Part shown: positions 12,187 to 23,044 of the stretch, one piece after another
Layout: each line of letters starts with the position of its first letter
Numbering within the stretch: the first letter of the stretch is position 1
DNA from: Convolutriloba macropyga
Taxonomy: Eukaryota
DNA length: 64,000 nt
Direction of reading: 5' to 3'
Assembly (NCBI RefSeq): GCF_964194025.1
Contig: NC_134469.1
Coordinates: 15,810,001-15,874,000 of the forward strand
Made by a program: the position numbers and the translations under genes
Notes under the pieces: generated by a model
The model's input: only the letters and a program-made list of their open reading frames with translations
Database searches by the model: none
What the model was told of the DNA's origin: nothing

Positions 12187-14020
12187 TGTGGTACATCAAA
12201 CAAATGTGTACTAAATCTTATTATCCTTATCGCTTAGATATTATATATTCATGACTTCCACTATTTCACTTAGTGATATTTTACCTCAGTCTGGAAGGAG
12301 TTTGTTCATATCACCTATTTTCATCAGTTATACTTGAATCCATTATTTTCATAATATTAGTCGAATTCAGTTGTTCTTCTAACTCTCCAGTTTTGATTCC
12401 GAAGTTTTTGTACTAGTGGAAACTCAGCAGCTTTCGAAGCTAAACTCTCAAAGTGGAATCGCGTCAGTCTTCCATCTCTGATTGGATAATCTGAGAATCC
12501 ATGCCTAAAATTCGATTAAGGCTTTGTGCCGCAAAAACAACGTACTTAATTCAGACAGTATTAGCAATACAATTACTAACCTATCTGCTGAGATATCACA
12601 CAATTCTCTAACTAGTCTTTTTGGATATACTTCTTTCCTTGCCGTCTCTTTGCTCAACCTCTATGGCTTCACTCTCTCTAATTTCTTTGCTTCGTCTCTC
12701 TAAACCATCGCACAATTGTTTTTGTTTTCGCTATCCTAATATGACATTTTGTTTTACAACAACGGTGCTGTCTTCCTAATTTGCGTCTACTTTTTTGTCT
12801 GCGAGATCTTTTCTTTCACCTGTTTTGCCACATTGTCCAAATCATCTCGATTTTTTTTGTTGTCAGTTATATGAACCCAGTAATGTCTGTTGAAATGGCG
12901 CAATATTTTTGAAACTCTTAGCCTCCTATTAGTTGTCTTTCTTCTAATTTTTTACGTTTGACTCCACCGCAAGTTGTTTGACACTCTTCTGGCTCTAATT
13001 AATGGATTTTGGAGCCTTTATATTGAAACCAAAGGCAGCAAGCGTGAACTGGTAAATACCGTAGTGATTCATCCTGTAAAGACTATCTGGCCTCAGTGAA
13101 TCACTTTTTTTGTTTTCTTACCCAGATTTAATTCACAAGTTATTATGACGAGTATCTTAATTGGCGTTTTCAATAATAGTAATATGCAGGTCTTACTTGA
13201 TATGACAATTAAATCAAGTTTTCTGGTTCTATTCAAGTTTTTTCAGTTTTCTCAATTGGTTTTTATGGGCCTGCCAGTTTTTTAAAATGATATTGGCCTC
13301 AAACTCGTTTTTGACTTCAAAAACTTTGTCCGGCAAAAACACTCTCCTCAGATAGCTTCGATCCTATACAGATCCTATACGATGCTTTACTGTCCTTTTT
13401 GTGTTTACAACCTGAAAGAATCGGAATGCATTGGAGTGCTGTTATTGAAAGGTCTTCTGTTTTGAGACAAACCGCTGTTCTAAAGGAAGCAAGAAAGCGA
13501 GTACTTCAACGTAAGAAATGTGTACAAATTGTTTTCAAATTTTTGCGAGAAATTGATATTATACATTTTTTTGAAACTAACTTTCAAGTGTAGAAATTTT
13601 GTTTGTTTAAGCAAACATTCGATTTCTGAGATGAATTGTTTTGTCACGAGCGACTTCTGTTTGCCATCTTTTTTTCTGTTGAGTCCTAAAAGATGTTAGA
13701 AATGTGTTTTGTCTAACTGCCAACGATTGATTCCCTCGGCGGGCAGCAAATGCTCTATTTTGTGTTTCTGACACTTTTTTAAATCACAGTTCAGATTGGT
13801 TGCTAATAAGACATAGGTGACGCAATTAATTTTTGTTCAAAGATAAACGTTTCTATTACTTTGTCAACAACTGCGTTCCGAAACAGTAGTGCAGTTTTGA
13901 GTTTAAAGAGTTTTGCTGTCTTATCAATTAATCCCAATGATGACAGGTGTTATTGGTCATTAATCAGCATTTATTCGATCAAACGAAATGGTTCAGATCG
14001 TAGCTTATGGTTTTTGTGAC

Positions 14021-14330
14021 TTTTTACAATTCAAAGAATTTGAATTGTATTGGGGCGCTGTCTTTTTTTTACGACTCGAAGAGGATTATTGGAGAAGTCC
14101 TTTATTTTAAACAATTTTATTGGAGCGATATTTGAAGCGGGAAATGAATTGCGTGGAAAAATTTGGAGTGATTTTGGGGCTGAACAAAAGTTAAGAGTGG
14201 AGCGAAAAGAGAGTGGTTTTTGTTCATACCGCTGTTTTTGAGAAAGCGAGAAATTGATGGGAAAAAATTTTTTCTAAGCGAGCGAAATTTTTTTGTTCAC
14301 GTGCGGCTTTTAAAAGCAGTTTCATTTGCA
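14021..14330 (+). mobile_element. Helentron-like short element, 5' end plus diverged core
   Basis: TTTT-TACAATTCAAAGAA-TTTGAATTGTA-TTGGGGCGCTGTC is the reverse complement of the end of the copy at 58174-58215. Confidence 0.65.
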
Positions 14331-14924
14331 GATTTTGATGGTTATGAGGTTTGATTACAATATTGTATTAGTTTTAGGCTTGTTTTGATAGGAATTGAAG
14401 GTTTCAAGTAGTTAATTCTGAGTTTAATTCTAAATTGAGGTATTTGATCAATTTTGCTGATTTTTAGACGAAATTTAAAGATTTTTTGCCTGTTTTTTGT
14501 ATTAATGCTTTAATTAGGATTTGAATGGAAGCTTGCTTGTTACTTAGGGAATATTCAGCTACCAATTGACTAAAGTTTTTTTGGTGTAAAACATTGTTTT
14601 CTTCGGAAAATTTACAGAAAAATTGAGAAATTTGAAACCATTTTTCTTATTTTTTTTTGCAGTTTTTTTTCTTAGTCTGAGACAAGTTTCATAGCCTTTT
14701 ATGACTTACTCATTGTTTTTGAGCTTGTCATTGCTCTAATTGCAAAGGAATTTTATTCGGCTTTATGTTTCCTTGTACTATAAAACTCCAGTTAAAAAAA
14801 TTTTTGTTTAATTTGTTTTTGAATGCCGTTTCTATTCTTCCTTAATTTTTTTATGGCATTTATGGAGGTTCAGGGTTCACAATGGTTTTTTTCTCCTTCG
14901 AGTCGTTTCCGGAATTATTCCGGC

Positions 14925-15300
14925 TGTTTTTTAAGATCTGTTCACACTTTTTCATGATTTTTGAAGTCAAATTGGAGTACGGATTTTGGTCACGCCGAAA
15001 CAGGAAGTGGAGCGAAAAAACGAGTGGTTTTGCGGCGTGAAATTTTTTCGCTCTAAATATAAAATTGAGTGAGAAAGCGGTGTTTGAACAAAAATTCGAT
15101 TTCTCGATAGAGGTTTTTTGTTCACATGCGGCAATTTCACTTTGATATTTACTGTTTTTTTTTTTTCGATTTTTATGATCGCATTTTTTTTCTAAATGAT
15201 TTTCCCGATCCATTCAGAGTCCGTTCTAGGTCTAGTTTTCTGTTTAGTCAATGAAAATTCTTTGAATTGTGCGTCAGGACCTGTCCTGTTATGTTTTTTT
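14925..15300 (+). mobile_element. Helentron-like short element, core plus 3' end
   Basis: Core is an inverted match to about 57850-58170. Ends with subterminal repeat TTCTTTGAATTGTG (15258-15271), hairpin CAGGAC-CT-GTCCTG (15275-15288) and a T-run. Confidence 0.75.
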
Positions 15301-17334
15301 TGTTTGTTTCAAAAAGTTTTAGTCAAAGTTCGAAATTTACAAGTACTGCTTGTATTTTTGTTGTCTTAACAGTTATTTTTACTTGATGACATTTCACCCT
15401 AGTTGCTAATGTAATATAAGCGAAACCTATTAATGGTTTCAGTTTTAGCAGTTTGTCGAATTTTGTCCGTCTTTATTTTGTCTTATCACTGTCTCATTTT
15501 CGACAGTTCGCATCAGTTGCTAGTGAGTTATAAGTAGTTTAAGTTAATCATCTGAGTTCAAAGCTAAATTTCATTTTGTTGTCTTATCAGTTAGTCTCAC
15601 GGATGACAGGTGCCATTTGTTTCTACTGCGGCGAGCATTTGTTCGTTTCAGCGGCTTATGACTGTGACAGCAGCTTGCTACTAATTTTGTGCTATGCTTG
15701 CTTCCTTCGTTAGGCGCTCAAACTGATGCAAAACTGCCCAGGGCTGACTTTTTAAATGACTCCTAAAGGTGCTACCTTTTCATTTATAGTGTGCAATTGA
15801 ACGAAATGCTCTTGGGGTTCTTCTGGAATGCTAAGCAACATCATCCTGGTCGGCTTTCTGTTCATTTTGAAAAATGGGAACATTATACAAATTTCCTCCT
15901 GGCGTCATTGATAAACTGTTGTATATGCAGCTCTTATTTCTTGTCTCTTGTGTTAGTGCTACAACGATTAAATTGTTTCCTAACTCTTTGGTACTCGTAA
16001 ACGGATTCCAATCAGATTAGAGTAGAGTTCAACCATTCCAACAATAAAATTGCATTTTATTTTTTACTGATTTTAAGGGCGTTTGGCTGCTGGGATAGAA
16101 CTGCTTTTTGAGTCGTTACACAATAGCGGCCTTTTGGCATCACAGTAGCTACTTGATACGAGTCATTTTTGCGTATGTTCTCAGATAATTTGAGAAGTTA
16201 TGATTATGCGATTGGCCTCACCTCAGTCCGAAAAACTTTACAAGAGAACTGACTAAACTTATTCATGAAAATTAAAAATACTCATGAAATTTTAATTCGT
16301 CTTCATTCAGATTTCCGAAAATTTCAGCTGCAAATTTTCATTAATGATTAACACACTCATTGAATTTCAATTTTGGTTTTCAAAAAAAGAAAACTCTACG
16401 AAAACGACATGCTTCGAAACTGAGAATGGTTAATATGCTAATCTCAAATTGGAGAGTGCACTTTTATAATTGCTGCAACGGGATAATTACTTTAGAAGCT
16501 GGGCAATCAAAGCAAAAATGGAACTTTCAATTTAAAACAAAACTTTACCGAAACGACGACTGACGACTAGTCAATAACCGGGGATGAAAGAAAGTCAATT
16601 TCCGACGAAATGGAGAAAATTGTGAGAACAAATGAGTCGACGTTTTTAAAAAGCTGCATAAGTTGCTGAATTTTTTTAATGGTAATTGATAGTTTGATTT
16701 GCTGAAAATTTCCTACGATACTAATATACTAATAGAAAACTGTCCTTTATACCTTCTTCATTTTCATATTTTGTTTGATTAAAAAAATGAATAAAAGAAA
16801 TATATGCAATGATTAAATCAATCCATGAGTTCTTCAATTCAATCCATTAGGGTAGCTTTTGTTGTAAATCACATTGTTGCTAAAGAAACATTTTAATTGT
16901 CTCAGTACCAGAAAGGACAAAATCGCGAACTTTGATTTAACCCAGTTTGCGCAGCAACTGAATGAAACCAAATGAAGAACATGCATTACAATAATTTGCT
17001 GAGAATGTGTTAGGAATATTGACTAGAAGAGAGCACGTGAAAACATTAATAATTCCAAATTACCCACCAAAACCTTGATCTGGATCTGTGGAATCAGCTC
17101 GAGGTTTACATTTTGCTTTCCAACTTTTCACTTTTTAAATTTTGTTGCAATTAAAACAAAAAAAAAACGATCTAAAGTCCCTCCTTTTGAGCTATATTTC
17201 AAAATGAATGTTTCCTAATACCAAGCGACTCAATTAGAGTGGCTTGGCTGCAGGCTTGATCTCAATTATGTTAATGTATCATAAGTTTTGTTTTGAAATC
17301 TATCACAGCTGATGGCAGAGCATCTATTATTCTA

Positions 17335-17395
17335 TTCATACTTATTTGTTCATACTTATTTGTTCATACTTATTTGTTCATACTTATTTGTTCAT
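17335..17395. repeat. Minisatellite (TTCATACTTATTTG) x4 plus partial
   Basis: Four perfect 14-bp units read directly. Confidence 0.95.
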
Positions 17396-19270
17396 TTTCA
17401 GAGGCAAAAAACCAAATTGTGTGACTTGTCAAAGCGTAGTGGATAGAAAACAAAAAAAAACCAACAGCTCTGAGTCCCAAATATAACTCCTTTTTCATTT
17501 ACCCGAAAAATCGCTCTAAGTTGGCTTCTTATAAATATCTCAAAATCAAGCAAACAGCTATCAATGTTTTCGATCAATGAAAAGGTGTTTCGATGGAGCA
17601 AATTTTTTGGAGCAAATTTTTTGTAATCAAGGAAATTTATGCATAAACCAAAAATTTTTGAACACTCAGCCCGATTAGTCACATTTATTTCTTTGAGAGC
17701 GCCAGCATACCACCTTATCAACTGATTCCAATTCTGCGCGAAAGAACTCAAATTATAAAATCAAATTGAAAACTGAAATGGAGGGGTTCGTTGCCGCGAC
17801 CTCTTGGATGAGAGTAGTTGACACTAACCTCTATACGCTACACTGCTATGTACCTTCATCTCTCAAAATCAGTTTTACAATTCAAATCTTTCAAAACAAC
17901 CAAAAAGTCAAGTCTGAAAAAGTCACTCATGAAGTGAAATTGGAAGAATGCTCCAGAGAGAACGGGCAAGCAAAATTGAGAGCATTTATCAATACGAAAG
18001 ACAAGTCGAAAAGAAGCCTAAATGATGGTAGCGAAAGTTTCCAAATTTTTCCTTTAAGCAGTTTCCAGCTCAACCAATGTTTGGTCTCTTGCGTTTATAA
18101 CATAATATCTTAAAACTCAACGGTCGGTGACAGGTCCAAATGTTTCTTCCTAATTGATCAGTTTTTTCCAAAACATTATTTGCAGAAACACAATTTGGGT
18201 TTGAGCGTTTTGGTATAGATGAAACTTTTTAAAGTTATTTCCCAGGCTTACTATCTTGCCCTAAAATTACAAATCGCGAAAGCAATTTAAAATGCAAGAA
18301 CTTTGTGAACTACAAACTTCCTGCTATTTTCCTTTATTCTCTGTCGTGGTTTCGGCCACAATTTTTTTCCATCAAACAATATAGTGTGCATTTTTTATCC
18401 AGTCCACTTACCTGTGTTTTGTTAAGCTCAATGTTTAACAATTAGTTGCAACCATTTTCGAGGCGAATTTCGCAACTTATTAAACTTGAGGCAATTTTTC
18501 AGATTTTTGATGCTGGTAGCTTGGCAGTTTCTAGTGTACTTTTATTAGGACTAAGATGTCTCAAACTACAAAAACCTTTCAGCGGCCTGTTCTGCATTCT
18601 TTGATTTGTTTTCCTTTTGGCTCAGTCCTTATATTTTAAAGCTTTTACAAGTAGCTTTTTGCATCACTTCCATTGTTTAGGTTCATATTAACTCAATTTC
18701 TTTGTCAAAATTTCAAAAAGTCCAAGTAGCAAGAATTCAGTTCTGCAAGCGGTAGTGTCATTTTTCTCATGTGACCTATTTTATCATTTTTTTGTTTATA
18801 TTTTGGCCACCGTGAGGCTAGTTCTGTGCTTAAATGAAAGCAAGCGTTTTGGACAGAAAATAAACCAGCTCATAGAAGTTCTTCTAAAAACCTTCGTCTA
18901 GCTCAAAGGAATCGCCAGATCTTTTAATCTACGTTAGTGCATTATGTTAAAATTTAATTTCGCAGAACACACTGAGCGACATTTAATTTAGCCTACAGTT
19001 CTGAACTATGAGACAATTTTCGATATATAGATTTGTCTGTTTGTCAAGATACCTTTATGCTTTCTACTCTGAAGTCTTCCAACCGAGCATTCTTCGTTTT
19101 ATTACATCAATATTACCAACCGAGTCGCATTAGGAGTCTACATAGCAGATTATAGAGTTTCCGTGATTTACTTAAACAGTAAAAATCACAATCGCAAAAA
19201 TAAATTCAGAAAAACAATGAATTTGAATAAGGAAACTTTTTAATATTACAATTTAAGAGATGACAGTCGG

Positions 19271-19498
19271 CTATTTCTTCAAAGCTGCTTTCGTTTGAGC
19301 TTTCTGTAAGTCCTCTTGCAACTTGACTATCCGATCTTTGTGCTTCTCCTGGTCCTCCTGAATAGACTTGATCCTTTGGTCATGTCGTTTGATCTCACCG
19401 TTCATGTAATCCAATCGCTTGTTTACATTTAACTGTGACTCTTCTAAATCTTGAAGAACCAGAACTGGTCCAATCATTTTGTACACCTTGTTTTCCGG
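19271..19498 (-). CDS. PFDN6: Prefoldin subunit 6, last coding exon
   Basis: Acceptor tattttttag-like (AG at 19500-19499), then PENKVYKMIGPVLVLQDLEESQLNVNKRLDYMNGEIKR...AALKK*. Contains the beta-prefoldin-6 signature VYKxIGPVLV...VxKRLDYI/M. Confidence 0.95.
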   Translation of the reverse strand, partial: PENKVYKMIGPVLVLQDLEESQLNVNKRLDYMNGEIKRHDQRIKSIQEDQEKHKDRIVKLQEDLQKAQTKAALKK

Positions 19499-21479
19499 CT
19501 AAAAATATTACCATCCATATGTTTAAATACCTTGTTGGTTAACCATAACTTAATATACCAACGTTATAGGTAAAATGCTGGGTACGATAAAAGGAGGAAG
19601 CTATATTAGGCGAAATGAAGTTTTGCAGCTATTAGCCGAAAATTATAGCCCAAGTTGTCGAAACTAGGCAAATGTCAATTAAAACACAGAGGCGGTACTT
19701 CGAAATCCATTTGCCGCAATGAAGAAGTCAAGTGTCCCTAACATTCGTCTTAACAAGAAAATAGCATGCAAAAATAAATTTCAATTCTTCGCATTCCGTG
19801 CCGAACGGCTCTAAATATTTTAACTTTCAGCAATAAAAAAATGTTATTTAACACAATCTCCATTCCTTCCATCGTTAATTCTGTCAAAATCAATTTGCCG
19901 GGCAGCACCGAGGATGTAGCAATGAAAAGAGCGTGAAATAACACAACTATATTTCAAACATACTTGGCAGATTGTCAGCAAATAACTACAACAGCTTCAT
20001 GGACATTTAATCAAGAAAACAAACGCTCTGTTGCTCTGTTTGTGACCCCCCCCCCCCCCCCCCGCAGGTAATGTGTGCATCTTATTATACTCTGTTTGTA
20101 CGTTGCGTGACTGACTACATGCTTTATGAGATTACTACTTATAAATCGCTCTGTTTTTTTTTCAAGAAGGCGCTAAGAACTGAGAGCGCTCATAGTTGTA
20201 AAAGTACACTCATGTTGAGCAGGGTTGGTGAATGCTTTGCAAACAATGTGTGGAGATATCCTGGCAACCCTACTAAGTTAGTTAGAAATTTAAGTTACTC
20301 GTTTTTTCCTCTTCTGCTCCAGCAATTTCTCATTAAAGAAGTGCAAGTCATTGTTGAACCTAGTGGTCCTAAGTTTCACCATGATTTGCACTTCTATCAT
20401 GAAGAAATTGCTCTACCTTCAATGAACTTCGAGCACTTAACGTCCCAGTTTTCGAAAGATATTTGGGGTGTTAATTGTAAACATATTGCCATCACGTAAC
20501 ACTGCAGTTCCAATGAAACAGTTCCCAGAGATAACACACAGTTCTCTGAAGATGGCGAACGCAACAATCACTAATCAAAACAATTTTGAAACATAACCGA
20601 CTTAACGTCGGAAGAATTGCTCTCGAACGACTAGTGCGAGCTGTAATCAATTGCAGCCTCCTTCAGTCCGGGGGGGGGGGGGGGGGGAGCCTAAATGGGA
20701 CTAAGAAGTTCAATAGTGAGCTTCAAATAACCACATTAGAGGTTAACATATACCACTATTAAGATTTAAAGTAAAAAATGGCACCAGTTTCGCCGCACTT
20801 TTCATTTGACTTTTAGTATTAAATTGCCGCCAATTGAGTTCAGCTGCTTGAAATTGTGATTGAGAGAAAATTTTAGATCACGCGAAATGCAAAAAGTCAA
20901 GGGCGTAAAAGTCACTCGAAAAGTTAAAATTGCCAAGCGAAATTTTGCATAAAAAGGGCACACATGTTTACAATAATTGCTATGAACTTCGTTCAAGAGC
21001 AATTAATAATACCCGTTTTCTTAATAGAAACCCGTGAAACTTTCTGAAAAAGTTATCTGTCGGTGTCATTATTGACAAGTAGAATACAAATCGAACGCAA
21101 GAACTCAGGCTCCGTTGTAGCTTCACAAACAAGCAGTTTGCGAGTCAATAATACAGAATTACAGTACTCAACTCTTCATAACATCAGAGTAAGAGTTAAC
21201 TCGACCAAAAGGACAAGATAAAGCCCATTACGACGGCATCAGCAAGGAAATTGTATATATATTCTAAGCGGAGAATATAACAAGAAAAATCAGTGGATCC
21301 AAAACTGATCCCAGCAGAACTCCTGTCGACATTTTTGTCCTATTAGAACGATTCCACAAAAGACAACTTTTTGAGAGCGAATTGTCAAATAATCTGTCTT
21401 GAAACAGCTGGTCGTATTCCTAGACGATTGCAAAAGAGTAAAATATCACGATCAATAATATCAAAACCAGATCAAGTCC

Positions 21480-21560
21480 ACGCAAAATCATGAAAAATTG
21501 TGAACAGATAAAAAAGAGCGCCCCCAAAACATTTGAAATTCTTTGAATTGTAAAAAAAAA
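21480..21560 (-). mobile_element. Helentron-like element 5'-end fragment in the PFDN6 intron
   Basis: aaaatcatgaaaaattgtgaacagat...agcgcccccaa...aattctttgaattgtaaaa matches 58137-58216. Confidence 0.65.
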
Positions 21561-21839
21561 CACGAGAAGGCCAAAAATAGCCTCAGCTATTGCTTTGCAG
21601 GTATTAAAAAAGGCTTGGTACCAAATGACCTGTATTTAGATTGTAATAGAAGCTCCCTACAAGGCGGAGGCTGCAATTCAGGTACAAGTAAAAGCGATTA
21701 ACACAAAATTGGGTTAAAAATAGCGTTGAAAAAATTCCTTTTAATTGTCAAAAACCTTCAAAACGGTATCAAAACAAACGAAGATTTGTATCCTTTATCT
21801 AAAATAGCTTTTCAGATCACATAGAAATTTCGAAAAATT

Positions 21840-22143
21840 AAAAAAAAACAGCTCGAAAAAGCTGCACGCGTACAAAATGCCCGCGCTTAGCAAACCTATT
21901 TTTTCAAACCTACATTTCTCGCTCTGTATCGAAAGAAATCATGAACAAAGTAACCACTCTTTTCTCTGCTCTTCATATTTGTCCACCAAAACAACTTTCA
22001 AACTTCAATACTCCCTCCTGAATTTCCGATTCTGTGCTCGCGCAGTCACGAAAAAAAAGAAAACCATTACAAAGCATTGCCTCATCGAGCCGTGAAAAGA
22101 CAGCGCCCCAATTCTAACTTAAATTGTTTGAATTGTAAAAAAA
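21840..22143 (-). mobile_element. Diverged Helentron-like element in the PFDN6 intron
   Basis: Ends aaaagacagcgcccaattctaacttaaattgtttgaattgtaaaa. The core is an inverted match to the 14050-14320 copy. Confidence 0.55.
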
Positions 22144-22482
22144 ATGAGAGTGACTAAATACCAGCCGTTCAGAGGCTGACAGCGGCTATCAATACAACTC
22201 TTTAAGAAGATAAATTTACCTCCGACAGATACGCCAGATCGACAAAAAAAATCTGCCTATCACTTACTTTATTAAATACTTTCCATGTAAAGACGAATTT
22301 TCAGGGACAATTGACTTCATTGTGAGGTAGGCTTTAAAGAAACTACATTAAAGAGATCGCACACCATTTGAAACCTAAAAGAGCAGACAATTCAAAAATT
22401 ATGAAGGTAATTGAATTTCCAAAATGTCAAGGGTATTCACATTGACCAAATCTAGACACCAAGAAACCGTACTTATTCTAAC

Positions 22483-22632
22483 CTCTAATTCGTCAAGAAC
22501 TTCTTTAACTAGCTTGTTATCATTAATTTGAGCATCCAGTTTTTGTCTGTTTTCCAGGAGCTTCTGCATCTCTTTCTGGTTCTTGGCATAAAACTCGCTT
22601 TCCTTCTGAATTCGCTCTTGGATTGTTTGCAT
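22483..22632 (-). CDS. PFDN6: Prefoldin subunit 6, first coding exon
   Basis: ATG at 22632, then MQTIQERIQKESEFYAKNQKEMQKLLENRQKLDAQINDNKLVKEVLDELE (50 codons; RQKLxAQxxxNxxVKE motif). Donor GTTAGA at 22482. A phase-0, 2984-nt intron (22482-19499) joins in frame to give 125 aa. Confidence 0.95.
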
Positions 22633-23044
22633 TGTTTCTGAAAAGTTTTTATATAATATGCACCCCAATACGTTCAAATGTCGAAGACTAACCCCCGGTC
22701 CCGGCTACTTTCTTTCGTAATTTTAAATCAAAGTCCCTCGAAGTCTTATTTTTATATTTGTCCCTATCCGCATATATAATTTATTGTTAAGACAAGTGAG
22801 ATAACCATTCTTCTCCCGAGTCTTGCACACTAACAAGACTTACACTACAAAAGTGAGCATATAACCACGCATAATACCAACGAAAAAAATAATTGAACAT
22901 AAGTGTGTAAATACATCCAGGCATGTTTTCGGAAACAAACAGCTGTGCGTGGCAACTCCTGCAGAAGCAACTGGTCCATGATTTTACTGCTGGACGATGT
23001 GCGAAAGTAAAAGTTAACCCAACAGCTGTAAATCCCCCAAAAAA

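Larger units (their letters stand above)
9647..12600 (+). mobile_element. Internally deleted Ty3/gypsy LTR retrotransposon (5' LTR 9647-10058, integrase remnant, 3' LTR 12187-12600)
   Basis: Two homologous ~412-414-bp TGTG...CACA LTRs. PBS-like TGGCGCAGTC directly after the 5' LTR. PPT GAAAAAGCGGTGGATA directly before the 3' LTR. Flanks CACTT / CAATT match at 4 of 5 bases, as for a 5-bp TSD. Decayed integrase (EFGGPI, ACIDRFS, HGVP..IRLDQ, RAIRFVEEMIHT). Confidence 0.9.
7531..13667 (-). pseudogene. Possible decayed coding sequence interrupted by the gypsy insertion (charged low-complexity middle, degenerate PHD-like end); 3' part duplicated at 3350-5395
   Basis: The minus strand is strongly purine-rich on both sides of the LTR element and has protein-like open stretches (e.g. 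SYLRRVFLPDKVFEVKNEFEANIILKNWQAHKNQLRKL near 13250-13360). FCVLC...MMIWEKRNSEW..C near 7560-7664. No family recognised with certainty. Confidence 0.3.

Noticed and set aside
15700-19100. Possible additional very old LINE fragments or exons (ORFs 17398-17751, 17766-18113)
   Set aside because: No diagnostic motif could be read with confidence; needs a RepeatMasker or translated search.
22399-22677. Supplied 92-aa ORF as a complete gene (likewise the 61529 start for the copia ORF)
   Set aside because: The track uses non-ATG starts and ignores splicing. The real PFDN6 exon is 22632-22483 and the first copia ATG is at 61562.
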